From Neoechinorhynchus agilis (lineage: Eukaryota; Animalia; Acanthocephala), in contig CM121342.1 in NCBI GenBank assembly GCA_051530055.1, forward strand, positions 8,217,412-8,281,411: a DNA stretch of 64,000 nt. The letters run 5' to 3'. The position numbers were made by a program, and so were the translations under genes. Within the stretch, counting starts at the first letter, position 1, and each line of letters starts with the position of its first letter. This document shows, in pieces, positions 11,320 to 23,716 of this stretch. Below the pieces are notes generated by a model that was not told the origin of the DNA, did not search any database, and saw only the letters and a program-made list of their open reading frames with translations.

Positions 11320-12524
11320 TGCCTTTAAGAAAACCCGGCGAAAAAATGGAAACAACTCGTGTACATTTATACATTTGCATGAGTAAAAATATGCGTGAGA
11401 TCTTTAAAGAATGAGTTTAAGAGCAATACAACGCTCTTTTCACCGATGCGTGGAGAAAACGCCAAATTTCAGTTTCATCTCGACAACTTGAATGACATTT
11501 AATTGTCCAGAATGATATTTTTCGGCTATGAATACGGTTATGTGAACCTTTCAATCCGAAGCGTAAATGAATTATAATTAAAAATGGCATCATTATTTCG
11601 GCTGGGTTTGCCCAAGTTCTGACATTTAAAAAGGTAAAAATAATCGATTTCTTTTTCAGTCTGCGATAAATTAAAAATTAATAGAGGAATGAAACTTTAA
11701 CAAAAACTTTAAGAATCAGAATAATTTTTCAAAGTTTGTCTCGACTTGAATCCTTACAAACAATTATTTTTCGTCTATACCGATCAAAAAGGATTCTTAG
11801 ATTTTTTAAATAATTTTTTTAAAACGAGAGATTAATTTTTAATAGATCATTCACACCACCGTTCTGGATAACTGAGCTGCCGTCCTGGTTTAACGGTCGA
11901 AAGGACGGAACAGCAAGACTTATGTTTTGTAGAAGGAATGCTCCCGATATCGGATCGCCATTGATTCGTCTCAATCTCTTGGACAATTGGTTGACCAGGT
12001 CCTACGCCGCGGTATTAAACGATTTGAGTGTCTCGACCCGAAAAAGAACGAAATAATGATTTCGACCCCTGCATTTAATCTTTTTGCTATCCTCAGCGGC
12101 GGTTGCTACTCCCCTGGTTTAATAGGAACGAATGCAATGTTGCTGGCTGCGGGCGTGTCCACGAACGTGGCGCCCGCCTTTAGTTCCCCGACAGTTACCA
12201 ATGAGATCTAATGCATCGCCACGACCAACTTATTCCTTCAGCCAAATTAAGTTGGGCTGAGCATAATAATTTGTATGGTTCCGAATTGGGATGTCTTTTC
12301 AGATATTTAATGGGAATAATTGTTTGTTCCTCTTGGATTTCGTTTAATTAATCCCTAGAGAGCTCCGCTGGGAGGTTATACATAAGTAGATTAACTTTCA
12401 AAGACATATCAATAAATTTTGATGTTGAAGTCATTTAGCATTTGGACAAATAATTGTTTTTATGAAGATTGGTCAGCCGGTACTTGGTTCAGAGTAGTAA
12501 TTCAATTACTCAAAGCACTGAACC

Positions 12525-12625
12525 ATCCGGTACGAGTATGTACATTCCTCCGGATCCTCCGATACCTCCAGGAGGCGGGACTCATCAGTGAGTTTCCTCC
12601 CTTCAGCGGTATTTCGTCCCGAACC
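12525..12625 (-). repeat. Dispersed repeat family X copy
   Basis: gtacattcctccggatcctc..gatacctccaggaggcgggactcatcagtgagtttcctcccttcagcggtattt is shared with 41800-41874 and 37850-37925. Confidence 0.9.
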
Positions 12626-12629
12626 AGGT

Positions 12630-13070
12630 CGGTGAGCTGTGCGCCAGGCCACACATCGAAATAATTGTTATTAAGGTCACAAAAAATTAACATTGTTGCA
12701 AACTTTGTGTTGAAACATTTTTTCATACTATAGCTCATGATTATTTCTTTGTCTTTAAGTTTTAGGAATTTAGAAAAGAAGGTTTCTATCACAGCAGTTA
12801 TGGTTTTAACCCCCGGTTGCTCCATCAGGTACTTTACAAATGTAGTTCTCCTTCCTGTTAGTCTTTTAAGGAGCTATGAAGCATCAGTATAGGAGGAATT
12901 TGTATGTTAACAAAATTTCTTTATAATGTGGGCACAATCACTCAAGACAACTTATATCACACACACGGGAGCAAACAACTAACCGTTACTTTTTCTTCGT
13001 CGATGTATCAGTCTACAGTATTTGGTCAACGAAAGCCAGCGAAATCCGGAGGTTCTGGAGGTCTCATTGG
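12630..13070 (-). mobile_element. Decayed ORF1 of a LINE related to the 13365-17627 element
   Basis: Starts MRPPEPPD (cf. LRPPDPPD). FVKYLMEQP...LKLKDKEII resembles FLKYLFTIP...LMLKDKKYI; traces of zinc knuckles. Confidence 0.5.
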
Positions 13071-13977
13071 TATTCAAATCGGTTCCGAGCGATAAAAAAA
13101 CCCACAAAAACCAGCGCTACGTGCTTTTTTTTTGAAACTGAACAATGCGCGAATTTGTGCTTAGAATCTTTGCTTAGAAAGTTACATCTTGTTTAAAAGT
13201 TCAGGAATAAATGCAGCAATAGATTATCTTCTTTGTTGAACTCAATCAATATATTATTGACTCCTTAATTATGTGAAAGCCAGCACATCACAAATATACG
13301 AGTGGTGTATACTTCAAAACAAAAAGATTTGACATTTAATAATACGAACGACATATAACTGCCGGGTTCGCATTTTGGGACTGCAGTTCGATAAAAGGAC
13401 CAAGCAGATTTTGGAATGTGTGCAAATTTTGGTTCGCAAATTTGCGCTGACAATTGTTTGGATCATTTAAGACCCCCGGATCCTCCAGACGGACCGGGAA
13501 CCTCTAAGGTCAGTAATGGTGAAGGTAGAAATTTGTTAGATATAATTCCTAATTCCGGTTTTGATGGAGCTCTGGGTTCATCGCTTCCCATAATATCTCC
13601 GGGTTTGATGGAGATTTGGGAGCATCGTTGAAAAATAGGTATAATCTCCGACCAGTTAAAAAGGAGGACTATATTTTTGTCATTAAAAATGAAGATCTGT
13701 TCAAAAAAGAAATCGGAATAAAAAATATCGCAAAAGAATTCGCCAAAGCTTATCCGAAAAATTCTAAGATTTTCAAAAGAATATTTCAATATTCTCATAA
13801 AATTGTCCTTTTTTCAGAAAAATATAAGAAGGATTTCCTGAAATACCTATTTACCATTCCCTACTCAGATTTCTCCAGGAAATGCAACATCTTGATGCTA
13901 AAAGATAAAAAATATATAAGAGATCAGTTGGGAATAATATTTTTAAAATACTTCTTTAAGCCAAATAAGGATACATG

Positions 13978-14172
13978 TTTTTCCCCGATTTGGCGAAATT
14001 TATTAAATTATTTAAAGGGTCAATATTTCGACTAGCTTGTGAGTCTTCTTCACGACGTTGCTTGTGAGTTTTTAAATATTCGAGTTCGAGCAACGTCCTG
14101 AAGAAGACTCACAAGCGAGTCGAAATATCGACCCTTTAAATAATTTAATAAATTTCGCCAAATCGGGGAAAA
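13978..14172. mobile_element. Palindromic insertion of two inverted 84-bp hammerhead-bearing arms with a 26-nt spacer
   Basis: 13979-14062 is the reverse complement of 14089-14172 (3 mismatches). Removal restores the ORF1 reading KDT-CRKCQGH; TG is duplicated at the junctions. Confidence 0.9.
14095..14132 (+). ncRNA. Minimal type I hammerhead ribozyme, core intact
   Basis: GUC-CUGAAGA-A-GACUC-ACAAGC-GAGUC-GAAA-UAUC-GAC: 3-bp stem I, 5-bp stem II, palindromic AUAU stem III, AUC cleavage triplet (cut after 14129). Confidence 0.85.
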
Positions 14173-14516
14173 TGCAGAAAATGTCAGGGGCACATGGCAT
14201 ACAAATGCGATAAAAATGCAGCTGGCACTCACTGCAGTGGGGAGCACCTGTCCAGTAATTGCAAAAAACAAATGCTGTAGAAAATGTGTTAACTGCATTT
14301 TGAACCATATGGCATACGATACCAGATGCAAGGACGCAAAAAAGTATTTGAATTTTTTCATTAACAGTGGCGAGAGTAGGATAATGGAGACAAGGGATCA
14401 GTAAAATATATTTCTCAAAATCCTCATCAAGAGCCAGATTTGAAGTCCATCGAATTTTTATTCACTAAAGAAAATGAGGGCTTGAAAGAGGCGTTCAAAG
14501 TTTTTCAAAATATAAC

Positions 14517-14658
14517 GTTTTGTTGAAAAGATAATTCATTGTTATTTGTCGATAGGAGAGATAAATGAAATTAAGATTTTATCTTCAGCAGAGATAGTGG
14601 ATCGAAATATCCAATAAATTCTTAATTTCATTTATCTCTCCTATCGACAAATAAAAAA
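14517..14658. mobile_element. Inverted (head-to-head) insertion of the same family as 5470-5592
   Basis: 34-bp perfect inverted repeat (~14542-14575 / 14621-14654); hammerhead 3' half GGATC-GAAA-TATC at 14599-14611; 12-bp TSD TCAAAATA(T/A)AC-type with one mismatch at 14505-14516 / 14659-14670. Confidence 0.8.
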
Positions 14659-17600
14659 TCAAAATATTACAAAAGGGCTTGAAGCTATTAGAAATGAGAA
14701 TAAGGAATTCAAAAGTTCCTTAAAAACCTTAATTAAAACCTTAAAAAGGTTACAATGGGAGGGGGCGACGTTGAAGGTTGAGAAGGCATTAAAAAGAGCT
14801 TTGTCTATTCCCAGCATGGAAGATACCAAACCCGATTCGGACCGACCAAGAAGGTATATTCAAACAGATAGTGTTCGTTTTTTTACATGTAATATTGGGT
14901 AATCCAGGAACTTAGATAAATTAGATAATGATTTCTTTGGAGGGTTTTTACAAGAAACAAGGACCCTTCCATCATTTGGCTTACCTATTTATGAATGTTC
15001 TTTAACTAAGCCAATCTACCCATCAAATAGCAAAAACTACTCCGGTGGTTTACAATCATTTTTGAGAAAAGATATTCAACCGAAAATGATCCGTGAAATT
15101 CATACGAATGAGCACGTTATTCAGATAATATCATCCCTGAATCCCTTTCTAAATAAGGAAACTTATTGCGGGCCCCTTAAAATAATTTGGGTGAATTTCT
15201 ACCGCAATCCAAAGTGTAACATTAGAAAATCATTAGAGGTCATGAAAGAGCTCTTAGAAGTTTGGAAGCCTGATGTCATGACTGGTGACTTCAATAATAA
15301 TCACCTAAATGCCTTTAGAAGCTTATTCTCATCTAACTATCCCACCATTATCTCTCAAGAACCCTCGTTCCACAATTGGTCACGAGGATTTCACTCTTTT
15401 ATAGATGGAGCAATAGTAAAGGTTTAAATGCTTTATTCACCTTGGAAATCCAAATGAGAATGAGCTGGCGTCTGGGTCATGATGCTTCGTTCTTCACAAG
15501 CACTGGCCGAGTCTCTGAAAAAGCGTATAAAATTAACACCAAATCTATTTTGTTTTTTAATAAATTTTTATTGGAACGAATTACCGCAATTGTTAGCTGT
15601 GCTGCTTAGGTTCAGAGTTGATCTTAAAACAAACTAGAAACGCAGGCTTTAGGCGTCGTCAAGATCACAATTTGGGATTTCTTATTAAATTAGAAATTGA
15701 AGCTAGAGAAAGCGGATATCACTCAATTGCCCAAGTATTTAAAAATACTTCTCCTCTATTGGGAGGATATTAAAAAAGAGAGAAAAAATCTATTGAAATG
15801 TGCAGTTTCTCTAAAAATGGTGGAATATAATTTTAAATAAGAAATTTGTTGACTGGAAGTCCAAAGCAGGTTCAAGGATAGGGTGCTCTTCCTGTCCTGA
15901 AGTAGTTAAATCAATTTTTAAACTACCATTTGGGTGAAATCAGACCCGAGCCATATTTAAGACCAATTAATTTTAACGATAACTTGGAGGAGAGTGATTA
16001 TTTTCTTACCGGTGCTGATTTTATAAAGGCCTTGTCGGTGGGTCACTCATGGGCTCATAATACGTTCTCGCCTCCATCGGCAATATTTAAACTAATAAGC
16101 GAAGAGGTTAAGTCTGTGATGATTTCGAAAATATTTTTTAATTTGAGAATTTATTCAATAATGGAGATTAATAAAGTCAAACGTATTTTGATTCTAAAAA
16201 ATAATTGCAAAAAGATCACGCAGGTCAAGGAACTGAGGCCCATTTCCATTCAAGGCCCCCTCCATAACTGAAAAAGCGATAGCATGGAAGCTCTTAGATT
16301 TCGTTCAAGATAATCATTTAATTCCGCCTTTCATGCACGGTTTTGTTCCAGAGAGAGGTGTCCACAGTCTGATGGATCAATTAATGGATTTATCTAGAGA
16401 AAGATAACGATATGTCAACGTGTTGCTACAATTAGACATATCGAAAGCGTTCGATGAAATTGATCACTCTTTTATCTATAAGACTTTAAGATTTGTCAAA
16501 GTGCCTAAAAAACTTATCTACCATACTATGATCCTATTAGAGACAAAGGGAGCCTTTTTTGAACTTGATAAGGATAAGAGAATTTTCTATCCTGTTCATG
16601 GAGTCACCTTTATCACCAATCTTGTTTGTTGTAACTATGACTTTTTTATTCAAAAACTTCAAGCTTAAAAATGGATCTGAAATTTTCGTTTACGCGGACG
16701 ATATCTCCTTTTTTTATCAGAGAGGTTTCTGGGAAATATCCCAGAGGCAATTAAAAGTTGGCTGCAGAAAATATGAAAACTACTGGGGAAAGCTCATCTG
16801 GATATAAATCTCCAAAAATGTCTTATTATCCCTAACAACCAGACCAGAGCAACTAATCTTAGAACTTCAACACTTTTATCAAATTTTAGAGAGTTGCCGA
16901 AGGTTTCGAAAAATAGCAAGTTATTAGGACTTAAGGTCCCGTTATTTGGATACCCGATTTACGAGTTGGGAAGGATTCGAAATATGTTTTATAAAGCCAA
17001 ACTCATATTGAAAAGAGGGAGGCGTTTAGGTATAAATGATAAAATGATGATAAATATAACTAAAACCCTTATTTTTGGTACAATTTGTTTTTTATAAGAG
17101 GCAGACCGCCAGAACAACGACTAATGATGTTTTTTAAAATCTTCCCGATTGTTAAAAAGATCAAGTTCTTATCAGCGGAATCAAATAAGGCATTGAATAA
17201 AGATCTGGCGATTTTCTTTTTATCCAAAATATAATATTATAGCAGCTGTAAATATAAATTCGCAAAACTTGTTTTTAATACACATAATCAAATGTGTCTG
17301 CAACTAATGAAAGGTAAGTTTGATTCAACTAATTTTAAAGAAATTATAATCCGAGACTTTCTTAAGAAAAACCTTGATCATTTTTTAGAATGATTTGTAT
17401 TCCCCTTCACAAACGGTGAGTTACCTTAACAGATCTTAGTATCATTTATAGGAAATGGAAGTATTCGAAACCAAACACGGCTAAATGCGATTATTCTTTG
17501 TTTTGATAATTGCGCAGAGACACAAAAGTGTGCGCAATAAAGACTAAATCTCAAGCAATTGTAGAAAAGGATTGTAATGGAGGTTCTTAGAAAATGAATG

Positions 17601-18045
17601 ATTGTAACCAGTATGAGGTAATAAATAACATATAACTGCCGTATATTTTGGTAGTCTTATTATATGACTGCTGAACGATCAAAAATGAACTTTTGATGAG
17701 TATCCTTATAATATCTAGTGACCTTTCAACAAAAAATGCAGGTGATGAAAGAAGTTTCAATGGATATTGAAAGAACTCGGTTTACAATGATAGCCAATTG
17801 TTCATAACATTCCCCAAACATTTAAAAGATTTAAATTTCCAACGATTAGCCTAAGAAATTGATTATAATTGAAGAGCAAAATAAGAAGCAAATCTTGAGT
17901 TTAACCTCCAATTTAATTTTAATTACAGATAAATTAATGACATTGTTTTTAGCTTTTTTGATTCCCAGGAAGCTGTAGTCATATTTTAGACCGTTTAATC
18001 GAGAATTCTGCTAGTTGATAAACAGGTAAAAGAATATGCGCAACG

Positions 18046-18084
18046 TATATAATATTTCGCCCCCAACGTGGGTCTTCAGATCTA
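18046..18084 (-). ncRNA. Degenerate Penelope-type hammerhead ribozyme
   Basis: UAGAU-CUGAAGA-CCCACGUUGGGGGC-GAAA-UAUU-AUAUA, 20 nt downstream of the GIY-YIG ORF stop, where PLE pLTR hammerheads are expected; stem II is imperfect. Confidence 0.6.
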
Positions 18085-18103
18085 AAAATAAGGCATGGAG
18101 AAT

Positions 18104-18469
18104 TTATGTAATCTTCATTTTGAGGATATAATCGGGCTTGTTGCCTTCCATTGTTTCGTTATTTTTGATACAGATCGCTTCAGTTATGATACGAGTGTAT
18201 TGATCGTCGCTACGGTCCAATATTTTTGTGTCATTAAAATCGATTGAGTGTCCTGTGTTATCTACGTGATTTACTATTGCAGAATTTTTATCTTGCCTCC
18301 TCAAATCGTATTTGTGTTCATAAGTTTTGCGAGCAACATTATTCGTTTGTCCTGACTTGTTGCAGTCTGTGCATGGCATGCTATAAACCACGCCATGTGG
18401 TGGGTCACCCTTGGTGGAGGGATGTCCTGAAGGCCGAATCTGGAGCTTTGGATTATATTTTTGATGCAA
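18104..18469 (-). mobile_element. Penelope-like element GIY-YIG endonuclease fragment
   Basis: GVVYSMPCTDCNKS-GQT (YI deleted), EH, SAIVNHVDNTGHSIDF..TKIL, R..TEAICI. Confidence 0.88.
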
Positions 18470-18816
18470 AATAGTTGGAATAATTCTAGTTTTTCAGTCG
18501 ATTCGCTGGCAAGCGAAGAATAATGTTTCGTCCTTTTTTTCGAAGAGTTTTAAGTTGAAGAAGCGAAACACAACCCGGGCAGTGATTTTGCGCTCACAAA
18601 AATTCCCAGTTCACAGTCTTTGGCGGCAAGTGACTTTGTGTCAAATACTCATTTCCCCTCATCGCACTTGCAGCATTGAAAAATAATTAACATTCTGAAT
18701 ACGGCACCACAAATTTTATGGATAAAAACTAAAAGCGCTCTCAACTTTATGATAGAATTTTATTTTCAAATCCAACCAAAAGTAAAACTTTTTGTTCCAT
18801 TAAAGCCGCTTGACAT

Positions 18817-20503
18817 TCAAAGATCCTGTTCTCTATGTTCTATGGCATCATTCTCTTGATGATTTTCAGGATCTTTTGCCCAACTGCACTGTTCTCCGGA
18901 TCCAAGAATACCGTAGATTGCGGAAGATAAGAACAGCGATCCAGAATAGACCATTAACACTGTCTTCCATTTTGAGGCTACATTCCGTGTTTCTGAACCG
19001 ACTATTGTCGAGGGAAGTGTTGGTGAAATGAAACCCGCGATGGCCGACATTGTATTTCCGATTCCGTATATTATTGCGGAATAATTGCCTCCAATATCTG
19101 ACACTGCAACAAAGTAGCCTCCTGCGAATGCCATAGAACTAAATAAACGAACGATAAGTTAAAGTAAAGATGGCAAAGATTTACATGAAGAATCCACAGA
19201 AGAGAAACAATACGACGGCTACTTTTCTCCGTTCTGGCGGAACAAACGCAATCATCAGCATTGACAATCCGACAAGTAGAGAACCTGTTAAAAGATCAAT
19301 AAACAAATGAATAAACGTTGTTTAACTCACTTCCTGATTGAAAGAATTTCCTACAGTTTGTTCTGGAAAGGACGCGGCCATTGATCAATTTGTCCGCGAA
19401 GTATCCATTAAGGATACTCCCGATTGTGCAAACAACATGGGGTAGAGCGGAATATAGGCCCATTTCCGAATAACTGTACTTGAGAGCATCCTTTAAGTAT
19501 TGTGGAACGACCGTGTACGTGGCGTAGAGTCCGAAATCGTAAAACATCATCGTTAGGCACAATCCCCACACCTCTTTTGACTGAGCGATAGCTTTCCAGG
19601 GGATTGCATTGGACGCTGGCGTTGTATGGACCACGTTGCTTTCAATATAATTCAATTCATATTTGTTTATCCTTCTGCAGTTCTGCGGTGACCGCGAACC
19701 ATATAGCATCCATAAAAGAAGCCAAACCAGTCCAATGAATCCTAGATTATTACTTTTTTTATACATAATTATTAGCTAGAATTACTTACCAAGAAGATAA
19801 AAAAAGAGTGCCCATCCACTAATGTAATATATGATCGTGTTGTTGATTTTGCAGAAAATGCCGCCCAAGTAGAGAGATACGACTGTTCCCATGGCCTGAC
19901 TTGCTCCAACGAGGCCCATGTGGGTCGATCTTTCTTTAGGTGGAAACCAAGCGGCTGCTACACTGTACAGCGAAGGCCACGCAAGCGCTTGGCCAATTCC
20001 AGCCACAATGCGGGATGCCACCATTGTGCCGACGCCTTTGTTGGCGGCAAAGGGACAAATCAGGGTCGAAATTGTTGACATTGTCAAAAATATGGACAGT
20101 GTTCTATGGGCATCAGTCCTGGCAACGACATAGCCGCCAACGAATTGAACGAGCGCGTATCCAATGTAGAAGGATCCCAGAATTATGCCGGTTCGGGTTT
20201 TCCAATCATAATAACCGTTTCCCTGTTATTTAAAAATCGAAAAATTGATAATAGAAGAAAACCGAATTTACCTTATCGTCCTTCACCATCCCAGTTATTG
20301 CTGAACTCAGTCCGTTTCTTTGAGCGTAGCAGGAGAATATTGCGAAGCTAAGTAGAACTGTTATTCTTAACCGATATGAGTTAAGAAATAAAACTTAAGG
20401 AATTATTGATTTGGTATTAATAAGCAATAAAATACGTACTCCATTTTGGCCTCGAAACTTCAATTTGATCGAGCTCCAGTTCGAGTTTTGATTCAGCGTT
20501 CAT
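18817..20503 (-). CDS. SLC17 (sialin/VGLUT-like) MFS anion transporter, 6 exons
   Basis: GT-AG introns at 20394-20439, 20223-20271, 19742-19789, 19285-19330 and 19139-19184 join one frame with YDW...ILGSFYIGY, WFPPKERS, GW..FY..G, IPWKAI and IYGIGNT motifs. Confidence 0.93.
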
Positions 20504-22199
20504 TGTTCTGTCGAAAGTTTAACCACAGAGAAATTGCCAAAGATTATCCGTAGTGGCTGAACTTATCCACCCTGAGAGATACGCAAACTGGCGTCGAACT
20601 GTTTTTCAATCTGTGTACGAACACAGTCAACAAAATCCATCTATATTTGTCAATAAAAATGCCAGTAAACAAATAATCGGTCGATATTTTTGTTGGTCTA
20701 TGAGATCGCATAAAGAAATCGTGGATTAGTATCTTCGGTTGTCATTAGCAAACATAACTATAATAATTTTCTATTCGATAATCAAAGTAAATGAATTTTT
20801 TATAATTTAGTTGTGCGTTTTTTGGAGGTTGAATTCGAACGCAAAACTAAAATGTGGATAATTAGACACCGAGAGTGATCGATAACATCTTCAACAGATT
20901 GTTGGAAAATTAAAAAGAAACGTATTCATCATTTTAAGGACGCAAACTTAAATATTTTATTGCCACTCCTGCAAGGCTTCAATTATACCATGTCTGAAAA
21001 GTTACTTTGATTTACAAAACACCAAACAATGTGAATCATTCACTTAAATCATCGTTGTAATGCCCAAGGATTTTAGCATGAATTTAACAAAACAAGTATA
21101 TTCTTTGACCATCTCGCGCTGGAATTAAGGTCTCTAGACTTAAAGCAGCGATTTTCTTTAAATGATTCGAAAACACCTATGAAAACGAAAAGCTTACTGA
21201 TCGTGTTAAAATCTCCAATAAAAATTTAATAGACGTAAATGGATTAGTCTCTATGATTGGCATAAATAATGTTTGATGTTCGAAAAAAATAACGAGAAGC
21301 CAAAAACTGTGATAATCATAAAAATTTATATGTTATTGGAAAAAATCGTATAGTTTCGTAAATGAAATCGTCGATGATCGTCCTCTTGATGATCGAATAT
21401 TAAATAATCACTTTTTATTTAGTATCAAGTGCTTTGTTTTTATATTAGGCAACAATAAAAACGAAAGTTATAATACGAAATCAATCACCCTTCAATTTTT
21501 ATAATAAGTACAAAGAATGGACAGAACAAATCAAGGATATTTGAAAACCGTACAGATCATTGTCGTCATACTTTTAGCTTAATAATGTAAAAAAATGCTA
21601 AATAATGCGAATCAAATGTTCGACGAAGGAGATTAATCTTAGAACTTCCTTATATAAAAAAGAAGAACAACCATGTTATACTATCATCGTACTTGAGAGG
21701 ATGAGTTACTAGTCCATACCCTTCAATTATTGCCTTATTTTCCTTTTGCATCGCATGCTGATCTCTTCCTATGGCTAATCTCCGAGCCTAAGAGACCAGA
21801 GTACGATAACAAAAAATTTAAATAACAAAAGGAATATCTCCTGCGAGGTTCTCCAGCGTATTCTGCAGCCTGTTAAGGTACAGGACTTCCCTTCCCTGCA
21901 CCTGGCTAAATAGTTTGTAGCTAAATAACAAAACTATCCTAGAGAAGTTCATTTTTCATGGATATTATAGAAAGAACAAACAAAAAGAAATAACGAACGG
22001 CTCTTAAATAATTTTTCCTGCAATTGAGGCTATTTAGTTGATTTCACATCTTTAGTTAATCCTTATAATTTTCCCATCTTTTGACGCCAACGATTGTAAC
22101 ATATTTGCAATTCGATCAAGTAGGATAACGCACCTGATTGCTAGGTTTTTAGTTGAATAAAGATTGGCAAAACAATCATTTAAGTTAATTATAAACTTC

Positions 22200-23000
22200 G
22201 CCGCATTATACTTCGAGTTGAAGAACCAGGCTTTAGTACAAAAGTTCTCGTAAAAAAAGAAATTAGGTTCGATTTTATTCCGCTCATATTTTCAAGCATC
22301 TTAGAAAAGTTCTTGATAAAAAATTAAAGAACTCCAATCTCTGATTAGGTGGTCGCCCTCTAGCGAAAAAATATAAAATTCCTGCGAAATAGGTTTTTAA
22401 CGGACTGACCAGGCTTTTATCAGCTACCCCAATACCGGGAGCTCGCCGAATCAAAGAATTTAGTTTATAAAAATGACTACTCAATGAAGTATTAAAGCAC
22501 GTTCGCGACGAGTAGAAGGAAAATTTATCCGCAGTTCTCTTGTACAATATGCGAACCCAACTGACGATAAACTAACATCAGCTTTAATTGCAACAGCTAA
22601 GGCTTTCCTGGAGCCAGCTGAATCATTGAGGGGGATTATAAAGGCTTATTTTTATTTATGTTTAAATTGGCTGTACTAAGAATTGTTGATAATTTACTAA
22701 TGATGTTTTTTATGATGTTTAATAAAATCTCTCTCTTTTTATGATGACAAAAGAAAAATATATCGTCCGCATATAGCAGAGGATGCACGAATTTTTGCTT
22801 AGGTAACAATTTAAATAAGAATACAAAAGTTCTTTGGGTCCTCATCCGTTAATATGGGAATATGCAGTCGAGGGATGTCCGTTCGGGAGGTAATATCTGG
22901 TCCCAGAAGATCTAGTTGACTGAAATGCCGGTTAGCTGCGATTCTATTATCTGTTTGATCGATTTTCGGAAGTGGATACGTTCAGAGAAATGTATATCGA
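22200..23000 (-). mobile_element. Decayed LINE RT fragment related to the I/Jockey-like family
   Basis: PLLYADDIFF, NLNINKNK, and FFARGRPPNQRL matching FFIRGRPPEQRL near 17090-17120; boundaries approximate. Confidence 0.75.
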
Positions 23001-23716
23001 TTGATGGTTTGGGAGAAATTAAAAACTAATCTCAGTGGGTATACACCAGAAATTCAAGCGACTATTAGTGGCAGTATCCGGCGGATTTGGCCGACAATGC
23101 GAGGTCATCATGTGTCTACGAGCGACGTCAAGAGATTGATTAACTTTACCGCATTCCAGGACGAGTAGACTTAAGCTTTTAAAAATATATTGTTCCCGTT
23201 CAATGATCACCAGTGTGATTTGGTAATGTGAATGGAGTCGTCTCGATTAAGATATCGGTGGTTATTTTAAGTTGTGTTGGCGTGATTGTCGATCTCCTAT
23301 GTTTTGCATGTCTCCTAATAATAGCGTCGAATCTTGAGAGTTTAGCTGTTAGATCTGGGAAGCGTTTAATCATACACAGCTTAAATTGAAACCTTTGATT
23401 TAAAAAAAGATTAAGACAAGTAAATGTTTAACGATTTCATACCTATTCAAGTTCCAAAATCATTGAGTTTCTGGAGCGGAGGAAAATCATATAACTGTTG
23501 TCGGTTTGATGATTTACCGGCCTTTCGCTTTTCGACAGCGATGGTCTGAAGGTTTTATTTTTGCGAGCGCACGTTTAAGTTCTTGGATCGATTATAAGTT
23601 TTAGTTTTCCTTGCTTAAACGAATTTAAATTCGCCTTTAAAGAGTTTAATATTACAGACGTCATTTGCCAATGGAGAAAAATTATAATGATAACGAATCC
23701 GAACTTTTTGTCAACA

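Larger units (their letters stand above)
13365..17627 (+). mobile_element. Full-length, decayed APE-type LINE (I/Jockey-like group) with 14-bp TSD
   Basis: TSD ACATATAACTGCCG at 13351-13364 and 17628-17641; TAATAAATA tail. ORF1 has three zinc knuckles (CRKCQGHMAYKC, THCSGEHLSSNC, CVNCILNHMAYDTRC). ORF2 has APE TGDFN and RT LRPISI, LDISKAFD, SPLSPILF, YADDI; many stops and frameshifts. Confidence 0.9.

Noticed and set aside
11870-12400. GC-rich segment as another RT relic (FVPIKPGE..PLRI)
   Set aside because: Similarity too weak to support without a search.
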